Assembly: GCA_049324475.1 (NCBI GenBank)
Contig: JBMOOO010000001.1
Coordinates: 116,223 to 180,222, forward strand
Direction: 5' to 3'
Source: Pseudomonadota bacterium
GTDB taxonomy: Bacteria; Pseudomonadota; Gammaproteobacteria; Pseudomonadales; JADFDG01
DNA: 64,000 nucleotides
Both the position numbers and the translations under genes were made by a program. Shown here piece after piece: positions 1 to 8,120 of this stretch (positions are counted from its first letter, which is position 1; each line of letters opens with the position of its first letter). The notes under the pieces are model-generated. The model made no database searches. It saw only the letters and a list, made by a program, of their open reading frames with translations, and was not told the DNA's origin.

Positions 1-1
1 G

Positions 2-1264
2 CTGGCGCGCCTGCATGCCGCCGACATCGCCGACATCCTCGAAGGCCTGCCGCTGGACGAGCGCAAGCGTGTCTGGGACGTGGTGCGGGCCGAACGCGGT
101 GGCGTGGTCTTGCTGGAGGCCGGCGATGCCGTGCGCGGCTGCCTGATCGAATCGCTGCATGACGCCGAGCTGGCACAGGTCCTGGCCCAGCTCGATGCCG
201 AGGACCTGGCCTGGCTGGCCGAGGACCTGCCGCGTGAAGCGCTGGATGCGCGGCTGGCGCAGTTGTCGAGCAGCGAACAGCAGTGGGTGGCTTCTGCGCT
301 GGGCTACGAGGAGGACAGCGTCGGCAACCTGATGACGCGCGAATACACCGCGGCACAGTCGCACGTGACGGTGAGCGAACTGGTGGAGCGCCTGCGTCAC
401 GATGGCACGCTGCCGGAGCAGACTGACGCGGTGTTTGTGGTCGACGGGCGTGGCGTGCTGCAGGGCCGCATTCCGCTGTCGAGGCTGCTGCTGGTGCCGC
501 AGGAAACGAAGCTGGTCGACATGCTCGTGCAGGACATCGTCAGCTTCCGTCCGGACGACAACGCCCGAGAGGCCGTCAATGCCTTCGAGCGCTACGATCT
601 GGTGTCGGCACCGGTGGTCAATCACCGGCGCCAGCTGATCGGGCGGCTGACGGTGGAAGCCGTGATGGAGTGGATGCACGAGAGCACGCACGAGGACCTG
701 CTGGTGGCGGCCGGTCTCAAGGGCGAGGAAGACCTGTATGCACCGGTGCGTGAGTCGGCGCGCAACCGCGGTTACTGGCTGGCGGTCAACCTGTTGACGG
801 CGTTCGTGGCGTCGCGCGTGATCGGCCTGTTCGAGAACACCATCGAGCAGCTGGTGGCACTGGCGACGCTGATGCCGATCGTGGCCAGCATCGGCGGCAA
901 CACCGGCAACCAGACCACGGCACTGGTGATCCGCGCGCTGGCGATGGACAAGCTGCGTGCCGACAACGTGCGGGATGTCTATCGCAAGGAAATCGCGGTG
1001 GCGTTGCTGAACGGCGTTGCGCTGGGTCTGGTGGTGACGCTGTTCGCGCAGTTGCTCTACCACGACTGGCACCTGTCCGTGACCATCGGCCTTGCCGTGC
1101 TGGTGTGTCTGGCCGGCGCGGCGATCGTCGGCGTGAGCGTGCCCTTGGTGCTCAAGCGTTTCGACCGGGATCCGGCGCTGGGCTCCAGCACGCTGGTGAC
1201 GGCCTTCACCGACAGTCTGGGCTTTTTTGTATTCCTGGGCCTGGCGACGCTGCTGCTGGTCTAG
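2..1264 (+). CDS. mgtE: Magnesium transporter MgtE (5' end cut by window edge)
   Basis: Frame is open from base 2 (LARLHAADIADILEGLPLDERKRVWD, MgtE N-domain-like). It continues through a CBS-pair region and a C-terminal multi-TM channel domain (IGGNTGNQT...FTDSLGFF). The ORF-track start at 80 is internal. Confidence 0.9.
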   Translation: MARLHAADIADILEGLPLDERKRVWDVVRAERGGVVLLEAGDAVRGCLIESLHDAELAQVLAQLDAEDLAWLAEDLPREALDARLAQLSSSEQQWVASALGYEEDSVGNLMTREYTAAQSHVTVSELVERLRHDGTLPEQTDAVFVVDGRGVLQGRIPLSRLLLVPQETKLVDMLVQDIVSFRPDDNAREAVNAFERYDLVSAPVVNHRRQLIGRLTVEAVMEWMHESTHEDLLVAAGLKGEEDLYAPVRESARNRGYWLAVNLLTAFVASRVIGLFENTIEQLVALATLMPIVASIGGNTGNQTTALVIRALAMDKLRADNVRDVYRKEIAVALLNGVALGLVVTLFAQLLYHDWHLSVTIGLAVLVCLAGAAIVGVSVPLVLKRFDRDPALGSSTLVTAFTDSLGFFVFLGLATLLLV

Positions 1265-1406
1265 GCACGGCGCCGCATGCCCGCACCTGCCGGTGTTTCC
1301 TCCGCCCGCCGAGAGGCCTTCCCTCGGCACAGGCGGGCTATGGAAACACCGGCCCGCGCGGCCGTGATGGACGCCTGTGCCGTGTCTGCCTAGAATCCGC
1401 GCCGCC

Positions 1407-1820
1407 ATGACCCCTGCGCGCCTTTCCATCCGCATCCGCCGCTCCCGTTGCGCCGTACTGGTGCTGTTGCTGCTGGCGCTGGCCGGCAGCACGCTGCAGA
1501 ACGTCTGGCACAAGCCCATGGCGCTGGCAGCCGCTGGCAGCCCCGCGTTCGCCGCGGTCATCTGCGGTGGTCCGCTGTCGGCCGCGGACATCGCGCAACT
1601 GGTCGGGCAGGGCATCCTGCCGGCCGGTGCGGACGGCGGCAGCAGCACGCTCTGCGACCTGCTCACCGTACCGGTGGCTGCCGCCACCGCGTTGCCGACG
1701 CTGCCGGCCGATGCCGCACCGCCGGCCGTTGCGGCTTTCTTCCCGCCTGCCCTTGCCGCCACGGTCGCGCAGACGCGCCTGCCGCCGGCGCGCGCACCTC
1801 CGCACGCTTCCGCTGCCTGA
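1407..1820 (+). CDS. Exported Ala/Pro-rich protein, DUF2946-like (family call from memory)
   Basis: In-frame ATG at 1407 gives MTPARLSIRIRRSRCAVLVLLLLALAG, a signal or TM segment. Small protein with conserved Cys positions. It sits directly upstream of an outer-membrane barrel, as DUF2946 genes often do. Confidence 0.45.
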   Translation: MTPARLSIRIRRSRCAVLVLLLLALAGSTLQNVWHKPMALAAAGSPAFAAVICGGPLSAADIAQLVGQGILPAGADGGSSTLCDLLTVPVAAATALPTLPADAAPPAVAAFFPPALAATVAQTRLPPARAPPHASAA

Positions 1821-1931
1821 GACAGCGCCGCCTGCACGGCGGTGCGCCTGAAAAGTGCCGTCTGCGTGACGGTCATTTCCCCTTTCATTCCGGCACACGC
1901 GCTGTCTGGCACGCGTGCCTGCGGAGCTTTC

Positions 1932-2921
1932 ATGAAAACGTTTCCTGTACGCGTTCTTCCGTTTTTCCTGTGCATGTCCGCGGCTGCCACGGCAGTGGCG
2001 GACGAACATGTCCACGATCACGCTGCCATGGCAGCGCCCGCCGGTGTCATGGGCGGGCACACGCTGCCGGCCGGGCAGTGGATGCTCGGCTATCGCTGGC
2101 AGGGCAGCTTTGCCGACGGCATCGCGCGTGGTGAGGATGGCATCAGTGCCGGTGATGTGGCGGCCGCGGGTTTCGACGATGCCGCGCTGCGCATGAACAT
2201 GCAGATGCACATGCTGGAAATCATGTATGCAGCCACCGACCGGCTGACCCTGATGGTGATGCCTCAGTACATGTCGATGGACATGACCATGGCGCCCGTG
2301 CCGGCCGGCACGCCGCGGCATACGCACGATCACGAGGGCCCGGGCGACACGCAGCTGGCAGCCCTGTTCCGGCTGGCGCAGTCCGGCGGGCATCTGTGGA
2401 CGCTGGGCATCGGTGCCAGTGCGCCGACCGGCGATGCCGCGCGCAAGTCCGGCGGACACTTCCTGCACTACGGCATGCAGAACGGCAGCGGCATCTGGGA
2501 AGCCATGCCGTCGCTGACCTGGCAATGGCAGGCGCACGGCTGGGGTGCCGGCGCACAGCTGGGTGGCCGCTGGCACCTGGAGGAAGAAAACGACGCCGGT
2601 TTCCGTTTCGGCGATGTGCATGCCGCGACCGGCTGGGTATCGACACGTGTGGCGCCGGCCGTACAGCTGTCGCTGCGGCTGGCGTGGCAGGAACAGGGGC
2701 AGGTGGAAGGGCACTACAGCGGTGCACACCATCACCATGCGCCGCCGGACTTCCAGAAAAACTACGGCGGCCGGGTCTGGAATGCCGGTCTCGGCCTGAA
2801 CGCGACGCTGGCGGGCCTGCAGGTGGCCGGCGAATACCTGCTGCCGTTGCGGCAGGACTGGAACGGTATCCAGAACTCGCTGGATGAAACCGTTGCAGTG
2901 TCGGTCAGCCGCGGCTTCTGA
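1932..2921 (+). CDS. Outer-membrane beta-barrel transporter (MetA-pathway/transporter family-like), His/Met-rich
   Basis: ATG at 1932 is preceded by GGAG. The signal peptide is MKTFPVRVLPFFLCMSAAATAVA. The body shows alternating beta-strand patterns and ends in SRGF, an OMP-type terminal Phe. His/Met clusters: EHVHDH, MNMQMHM, MPQYMSMDMTM, HTHDHE, AHHHH. Confidence 0.65.
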   Translation: MKTFPVRVLPFFLCMSAAATAVADEHVHDHAAMAAPAGVMGGHTLPAGQWMLGYRWQGSFADGIARGEDGISAGDVAAAGFDDAALRMNMQMHMLEIMYAATDRLTLMVMPQYMSMDMTMAPVPAGTPRHTHDHEGPGDTQLAALFRLAQSGGHLWTLGIGASAPTGDAARKSGGHFLHYGMQNGSGIWEAMPSLTWQWQAHGWGAGAQLGGRWHLEEENDAGFRFGDVHAATGWVSTRVAPAVQLSLRLAWQEQGQVEGHYSGAHHHHAPPDFQKNYGGRVWNAGLGLNATLAGLQVAGEYLLPLRQDWNGIQNSLDETVAVSVSRGF

Positions 2922-2928
2922 GGGTCAG

Positions 2929-2961
2929 CACCGTGCGGGCGGCCCGTCTGCCCGCACGGTG
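2929..2961. terminator. Perfect 12-bp-stem hairpin between convergent genes
   Basis: CACCGTGCGGGC - 9 nt loop - GCCCGCACGGTG, lying between the + gene stop at 2921 and the - gene stop at 2963. The U-tract is weak. Confidence 0.4.
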
Positions 2962-2962
2962 G

Positions 2963-3514
2963 CTACTGTTTCAGGAATACCCGGCGCTGCCCGCTGGTTT
3001 CGGTCAGTGCATTGCCAGCCAGGCGGAACCGGTAGGTGACCGGCACGCTCGGGCAACACAGCGGATCGTTCTCGCCCTGTACCACCAGGTCGGCCACAAC
3101 CTCGCCGTGCTCGATGCGCAAGGCTGTGACGTCGACGCGATCGCCGAGAAATGCCGGTGGCGATACCTGCAGCACGTTGCCATGGCGGCGCAGCAGGTGC
3201 AGATCGCGGAATACACCGCTGCCGCCGGCACCGGTGACCAGCAGCACGACCAGATCCTCGCGGCCATCACCGTCCAGGTCGCCGCGTGCTTCCAGCGGAT
3301 CGAGATCGGCGGTGGTGAGATCGCTGTCCTCGTAATGACCATCGACCAGTTTCAGCGTGCCGCTGGCGGCATACTCCGATGCGTACGATGCATTGCCGGC
3401 TTCGTCGCGGCCGATGCTGCTGCCGTCTGCAGGTGCTGCTGCCGGTTGCGGATCCGGACCGCAGCCGGTGGCCAGCAGTGCGGACAGCAGCAGGAAGGTG
3501 CGGGCGGTACGCAT
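2963..3514 (-). CDS. Lipoprotein of unknown function
   Basis: ATG at 3514 gives MRTARTFLLLSALLATGC, a lipobox. It contains GDLDGDGREDLVVLL (FG-GAP/VCBS-like turn) and a CC pair. The start lies 5 nt after the upstream Kunitz gene stop. Confidence 0.7.
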   Translation of the reverse strand: MRTARTFLLLSALLATGCGPDPQPAAAPADGSSIGRDEAGNASYASEYAASGTLKLVDGHYEDSDLTTADLDPLEARGDLDGDGREDLVVLLVTGAGGSGVFRDLHLLRRHGNVLQVSPPAFLGDRVDVTALRIEHGEVVADLVVQGENDPLCCPSVPVTYRFRLAGNALTETSGQRRVFLKQ

Positions 3515-3518
3515 CCGG

Positions 3519-3833
3519 TTACGGCGCGGTACTGGCCGGCGGTGGCGGCATGACCTGGCGCGGCCCGCCGTCTTCCGGCACGGGCAGCCCGGGCATGCAC
3601 TGCGCGTGGCAGGTCTCCAGTGTTTCGAACGGCACGCTGCCGCCGCAACCGCCCCAGATGAAGGCGCGGCAGGTGCCGGCACCTTCGTCGAACCAGTAGC
3701 GCGTGAAGGCGGCACGGCAACGGCCGGATTCCGGTTTGGCGCTGCAGGCCTCCGGCAGTTCCGGTGCGCTGCTGCAGGCGGACAGCAGCGGCAGCAGGGC
3801 CGACAGGGCAAGCACGGTGGAAAAATGGCGCAT
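3519..3833 (-). CDS. Kunitz/BPTI-domain lipoprotein, predicted serine-protease inhibitor
   Basis: ATG at 3833 is preceded by GAGGAAA. The lipoprotein signal is MRHFSTVLALSALLPLLSAC. The domain is CSAKPESGRCRAAFTRYWFDEGAGTCRAFIWGGCGGSVPFETLETCHAQC, with six Cys spaced 8/15/7/11/3. A Pro-rich tail follows. Confidence 0.8.
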   Translation of the reverse strand: MRHFSTVLALSALLPLLSACSSAPELPEACSAKPESGRCRAAFTRYWFDEGAGTCRAFIWGGCGGSVPFETLETCHAQCMPGLPVPEDGGPRQVMPPPPASTAP

Positions 3834-3852
3834 GGTGTTTCCTCGCGCGGGT

Positions 3853-4545
3853 TCAGGGCGTGGAGAAGAATCCGTCCAGCAACTGCACCATGGCCACGTT
3901 GGCGGCGGCGAAACGTTGCGGTGCGGAAGTGAATTCATCGGCGCGCTGCACATAGGGAGCGTCGACCAGCTCGTCGCCACAGTGACGCACCAGATCCTGT
4001 GCGCCGGCCAGGGTGGTTTCCAGATGGCACTGCAGGCCGAGAATGCGGTCGCCGGCGCTGAAGATCTGGTTCCGGCAGGCTGCGGACGAGGCGATGCGTA
4101 TCGCGCCGGGCGGCAGTTCGAAGGTTTCGCCGTGCCAGTGAAAGGCATTCAGCGTGGGCGGCATCAGTCGCGCCAGTGGCGGCGGCAACCCGCGTTCACG
4201 CAGCAGCGGAAACCAGCCGATCTCCCGGTAGCGATTGCGGGTCACCGGCGCACCCAGCACGTCGGCGATCATCTGCGCGCCCAGGCATACGCCCAGCACG
4301 CGCTTGCCGGCCTGGATGGCACGTCGCAGGTAGTGCTTTTCCTGCACCAGCCAGGGCAGCACGGCTTCATCGTTGACGCTCATCGGTCCGCCCATCAGCA
4401 CCAGCATGTCGATGTCGGCCAGCCGCGGCAGCACGACATCGTCGTGCATCAGCGTGCTGTCGATGCGGTGGCGATGTTGTTGCGCCCAGTCGGCGATGGC
4501 GGCCGGCGTTTCGAACGGAACGTGCTGCAGACAGTGGATGCGCAT
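3853..4545 (-). CDS. Class I (type 1) glutamine amidotransferase-like protein
   Basis: ATG at 4545 gives MRIHCLQHVPFE. It carries a GVCLGAQ nucleophile-elbow motif and a downstream HLE-type motif (LQCHLE). The upstream part of the 578-aa ORF-track entry is non-coding-like. Confidence 0.85.
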   Translation of the reverse strand: MRIHCLQHVPFETPAAIADWAQQHRHRIDSTLMHDDVVLPRLADIDMLVLMGGPMSVNDEAVLPWLVQEKHYLRRAIQAGKRVLGVCLGAQMIADVLGAPVTRNRYREIGWFPLLRERGLPPPLARLMPPTLNAFHWHGETFELPPGAIRIASSAACRNQIFSAGDRILGLQCHLETTLAGAQDLVRHCGDELVDAPYVQRADEFTSAPQRFAAANVAMVQLLDGFFSTP

Positions 4546-4644
4546 GGCAGGCTCCCGGGGAAAGCGCCGGCAGTTTAACCCCGGCCGCGGGGCAGTTGCC
4601 CTAGAATCGCGGCGAAAGCAGGGCAGTGGAACCGGAACGGAGTG

Positions 4645-5601
4645 ATGCAGGTGGGTGAAGGGCGCGGGTCGGGTCGGCAGCAGGGCAGGGGCGGCAAGGG
4701 CGGCGGCAGTGGCAGCCGTCCGGCCGGGCCGCAGGGCCCGCGTGCGGGTGGCGGCAGACCGGTGCGCCGCCCGCCGCCGGCGGTGCAGGCTGACGCGCCG
4801 CACATGGCCCGGCGCAAATCGCCGGAACGGTCCGGGGATGCGGACACGCTGCCGCCGGGCGATGTCCGTGAAGTGCGCCTGTACGGGATCAATGCCTGCC
4901 TGGCGTTCGTGGCGCACCGGCGTGACCGCATCATCCGCGGCTACTTCACGGAGGCGGTTGCGCGCCGGCACTTTGCGCCGTTGATGAAATGGCTGGCACA
5001 GCAGCGACTGGCCTATCACCTGGTGACCGAGGCGGAAATGGAGCGCATTGCCGGCTCCGCCCACCATGAAGGCGTGTGCCTGCTGGCACGCGCCGATCCG
5101 GTGCTGGCGGCCGGCGAGTGGCTGCAGCAGCACCGGAGGAAACAGCGCAGCTGCGTGCTGGCGCTGGAGAACGTGGGCAATCCGCACAACCTCGGCGCGA
5201 TCCTGCGCACGGCAGCGCATTTCGGTATCGAGGCCGTGCTGGTGCCGGACGCCCGCGCCCTGGCCGGCGGCGCCGCGGTGCGCACCGCCGAAGGCGGCGC
5301 CGAGCACGTGGCCGTGCTCGATGCACCGGGTTTCCTGCAGACCGTGCAGGATTTCCGTGCGGCCGGCTGGAAGGTGGTGACCACGTCCAGTCACGAAGGT
5401 GCGGACCTGTATACCGCGCGCCTGCCGGCAAAATGCCTGCTGCTGTTCGGTGAGGAAACCGCCGGCCTGTCTCCGGCCACCCTGAAAAGCGGTGAGCTGT
5501 GCCTGCGCATCCCGGGCACCGGCCGGGTCGAAAGCCTCAACGTCAGCGTGGCTGCCGGCGTGCTGCTGGGTGAGTGGTGGCGCCAGCACCCGCCTCGCTG
5601 A
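4645..5601 (+). CDS. SpoU/TrmH-family RNA 2'-O-methyltransferase with Arg/Gly-rich N-terminal extension
   Basis: The C-terminal SpoU methylase motifs are present: LENVGNPHNLGAILRTAAHFG, LLFGEETAGLS, IPGTGRVESLNVSVAAGVLL. The start is uncertain: GTG 4642, ATG 4645, or the internal ATG near 4804. Confidence 0.8.
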   Translation: MQVGEGRGSGRQQGRGGKGGGSGSRPAGPQGPRAGGGRPVRRPPPAVQADAPHMARRKSPERSGDADTLPPGDVREVRLYGINACLAFVAHRRDRIIRGYFTEAVARRHFAPLMKWLAQQRLAYHLVTEAEMERIAGSAHHEGVCLLARADPVLAAGEWLQQHRRKQRSCVLALENVGNPHNLGAILRTAAHFGIEAVLVPDARALAGGAAVRTAEGGAEHVAVLDAPGFLQTVQDFRAAGWKVVTTSSHEGADLYTARLPAKCLLLFGEETAGLSPATLKSGELCLRIPGTGRVESLNVSVAAGVLLGEWWRQHPPR

Positions 5602-5817
5602 AATCCACTTGAGGTACGCGCGTGCCGGTTGTTCCCGGCCGACAGACTGAGCATGACGGTTCAGTCATCTAGTCGTTTTGTCGTATTTCGCTGGACGGTA
5701 CTTGGCCCATCCTTCAGAACTGTCGAATAGTTCACGCGCCGCAGGTGACCTGAAAGAAAAACAACAAAAACACGGTGTTGCCATCGACACCGTCATGACA
5801 GGGGTCAGGGAGGAGTC

Positions 5818-6753
5818 ATGCGGATCTACCGCCACAAGGCCGATCGTCTGCCCAGTGCGATCGTTGCCGGCCTGTTGTGTGCGCAGCTGGCGGCTTTTTT
5901 CCTGATTGACTCGCTGCCGGTGCTGGCCGCCGTCTCGGTCGCCTTGCTCATGTTCTCGGCCGTGCCCGGATCGATCAGCCACAACCACCACCACACACCG
6001 ACTTTCATGCGGCCGTGGATGAACCGTGGCTACGAGGTGGTCCTGTTCCTGCAGACCGGCGTGCTGCCCTGGGCCTGGACCATCCATCACAATCTCGGCC
6101 ATCACAAGCACTACCTGGATCACGAGCGCGACCCGGCACCGTGGAAACACGGCAACGGGCGCGTGATGTCGCGCATCTACTACGACGTGAGCGGTGCCCT
6201 GCGCATCTACCCGGAAATCTTCCGCATCGGCCGTGATCACCCGGAACTGCTGCGCCGTTTCAAGCTGTGGGCCGTGGTCAGCCTGTCGGTATTGGGCGCG
6301 CTGGTGGCCATCGACCCGGCGAAAGCGCTGATCCTGTTCGTTGCGCCGATGCCGCTGATGTATCTGGGCCTGCTCGACAACACCTACATGCAGCACTCGG
6401 ATCTGGACACGTCCAGCGAGTTCACCGCTTCGCGCAACACCAGCAATCGTTTCTACAATCTCGTGTCGTGGAATCTCGGCTACCACACGGCGCACCACAT
6501 GAAGCCGAACCTGCACTGGTCGGAACTGCCACGCCTGCACGCAGAGCTGGCTGCGCGCATCCCGGCCGGGCTCCAGTGCGATTCGGTGGTGCTCAGCGCC
6601 TGCGCCTACCGTCATTCCCGTGACGGCGTGCCGCCCCCGCTCGACGTGTTGCCGGTGGACGGCATCGGCGAGATTGCCGGCCTGCTGCCGGTTCCGCGTG
6701 TGCGCCCGCGGGTCGGCGCCCGCTGGCGTCCGCGCCCGGCCATGACGGCCTGA
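5818..6753 (+). CDS. Membrane fatty-acid desaturase family protein
   Basis: GGGAGGAG RBS upstream of the ATG. Three histidine boxes (HNHHH, HNLGHHKH, HTAHH) sit between predicted TM segments. Confidence 0.85.
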   Translation: MRIYRHKADRLPSAIVAGLLCAQLAAFFLIDSLPVLAAVSVALLMFSAVPGSISHNHHHTPTFMRPWMNRGYEVVLFLQTGVLPWAWTIHHNLGHHKHYLDHERDPAPWKHGNGRVMSRIYYDVSGALRIYPEIFRIGRDHPELLRRFKLWAVVSLSVLGALVAIDPAKALILFVAPMPLMYLGLLDNTYMQHSDLDTSSEFTASRNTSNRFYNLVSWNLGYHTAHHMKPNLHWSELPRLHAELAARIPAGLQCDSVVLSACAYRHSRDGVPPPLDVLPVDGIGEIAGLLPVPRVRPRVGARWRPRPAMTA

Positions 6754-6857
6754 CGCAGCGCCGGCGCCTCCTGCCCTGTTGACCCCGGGGTAACCCGCCC
6801 CCATAGAGTGGTTGCCGCGCTTCGTGCGCGGCCATCCATGTCCTGACGGGGAACGCC

Positions 6858-8120
6858 ATGTCTTCATGCGCGCCGGGCGTTGCGGCCCGGCTCAACCACG
6901 ACTGCCAGTGTGTGACGGTGGACCGTGCCCGGCTCGCCACGGCGCTGGGCGTGGCCTCCGACCCCTTCTCGCTGGGTGGCCTGCTGCACAGCCATCCGCA
7001 CCTGTTTGCCGACAGCGCGGTTTACGTGGCGCCGGCCGACATCGCCGCCATGGCGGCCCTGATCGCTGCGGTCGAGCGGGTGGTGCAACTGCCGGCCTGG
7101 CAGCAGGCCGTGCTGTCCCGTCACGTGCCGCATGCCGACACGCCGGTGGCGGCGCGCGGCGTGTTCTTCGGTTTCGATTTCCATCCCGGGCCGGACGGCC
7201 CGCAACTGATCGAGATCAACAGCAATGCCGGCGGCGCGCTGCTGAACCTGGCGTTGCGCGATGCGCAGATCGCCTGCTGTGACGAGGTTGCCGGCATGCC
7301 CTCGCCGTCGGCGGCCGGAGCCGGCGATCTGGTGGCCATGTTCCGCAACGAGTGGCGGCTGGCGCGCGGTGACCGCGAGTTGCGCACCGTCGCCATCGTT
7401 GACGACACGCCGCAGGAGCAATACCTGCTGCCGGAGTTCGAACGGTTCGCCAGCCTGTTCGAGGCGCATGGCATGCAGGCTGTGATCGTGGACGCCGGGG
7501 CCCTGACGGTGCGCGACGGGGCGCTGTATGCCGGCGATGTGCGCATCGATCTGGTCTACAACCGCCTGACCGATTTCCTGCTGACCGGGCCCCGGCACGC
7601 TGCGCTGGCCGAAGCCTTCGCACGCGATCTGGCAGTAGTGACACCGCATCCGCGGGCCTGGGCGCTGTATGCCGACAAGCGCAACCTGGTGACGCTGACC
7701 GACCCGGCTGCACTGCGTGCACTGGGTGTGGACGAGGAAACCATCGCCATCCTGCAGGCCGGGATTCCGCGCACGATCAGGGTGGAGGCCGGTAACGGCG
7801 AAACGCTCTGGCAGGAGCGCAAGTCCTGGTTCTTCAAGCCGGCTGCCGGTTATGGCAGCCGTGCTGCCTACCGCGGCGACAAGCTGACCCGCGGAAAGTG
7901 GCAGGAAATCGTCGCGGCCGGTGATTACGTGGCCCAGCGCATCGTGCCGCCGGGCGAACGCCGGCTGAAGGTGGGCGAGGCCACGCAGGCGCTGAAAACG
8001 GATCTGCGCAATTATGTGTACGAAGGCCGTGTGCAGCTGGTGAGCGCGCGTCTGTATCAGGGACAGACCACCAATTTCCGTACGGCCGGCGGCGGGTTCG
8101 CCGCCGTGTTCGCAGTCTAG
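6858..8120 (+). CDS. Hypothetical protein, ATP-grasp-like (circularly permuted ATP-grasp / glutathionylspermidine-synthase-like flavour)
   Basis: Motifs seen: [67 protein letters not shown]. The family call is from memory and has not been searched. Confidence 0.55.
   Translation: MSSCAPGVAARLNHDCQCVTVDRARLATALGVASDPFSLGGLLHSHPHLFADSAVYVAPADIAAMAALIAAVERVVQLPAWQQAVLSRHVPHADTPVAARGVFFGFDFHPGPDGPQLIEINSNAGGALLNLALRDAQIACCDEVAGMPSPSAAGAGDLVAMFRNEWRLARGDRELRTVAIVDDTPQEQYLLPEFERFASLFEAHGMQAVIVDAGALTVRDGALYAGDVRIDLVYNRLTDFLLTGPRHAALAEAFARDLAVVTPHPRAWALYADKRNLVTLTDPAALRALGVDEETIAILQAGIPRTIRVEAGNGETLWQERKSWFFKPAAGYGSRAAYRGDKLTRGKWQEIVAAGDYVAQRIVPPGERRLKVGEATQALKTDLRNYVYEGRVQLVSARLYQGQTTNFRTAGGGFAAVFAV

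Noticed and set aside
1907-1922. TGGCACgcgtgcCTGC, a sigma-54-like element upstream of the OM barrel gene
   Set aside because: The GC of the -12 element is displaced by one position relative to TGGCAC-N5-TTGC, and TT is replaced by CC/CT. The element also lies only about 10 nt upstream of the ATG, too close for a promoter plus leader.
5678-5905. 75-aa TTG-initiated ORF in the SpoU-desaturase intergenic region
   Set aside because: It has a rare start codon, mixed third-position composition and no RBS, and it runs into the desaturase start in another frame. It is likely non-coding leader sequence.
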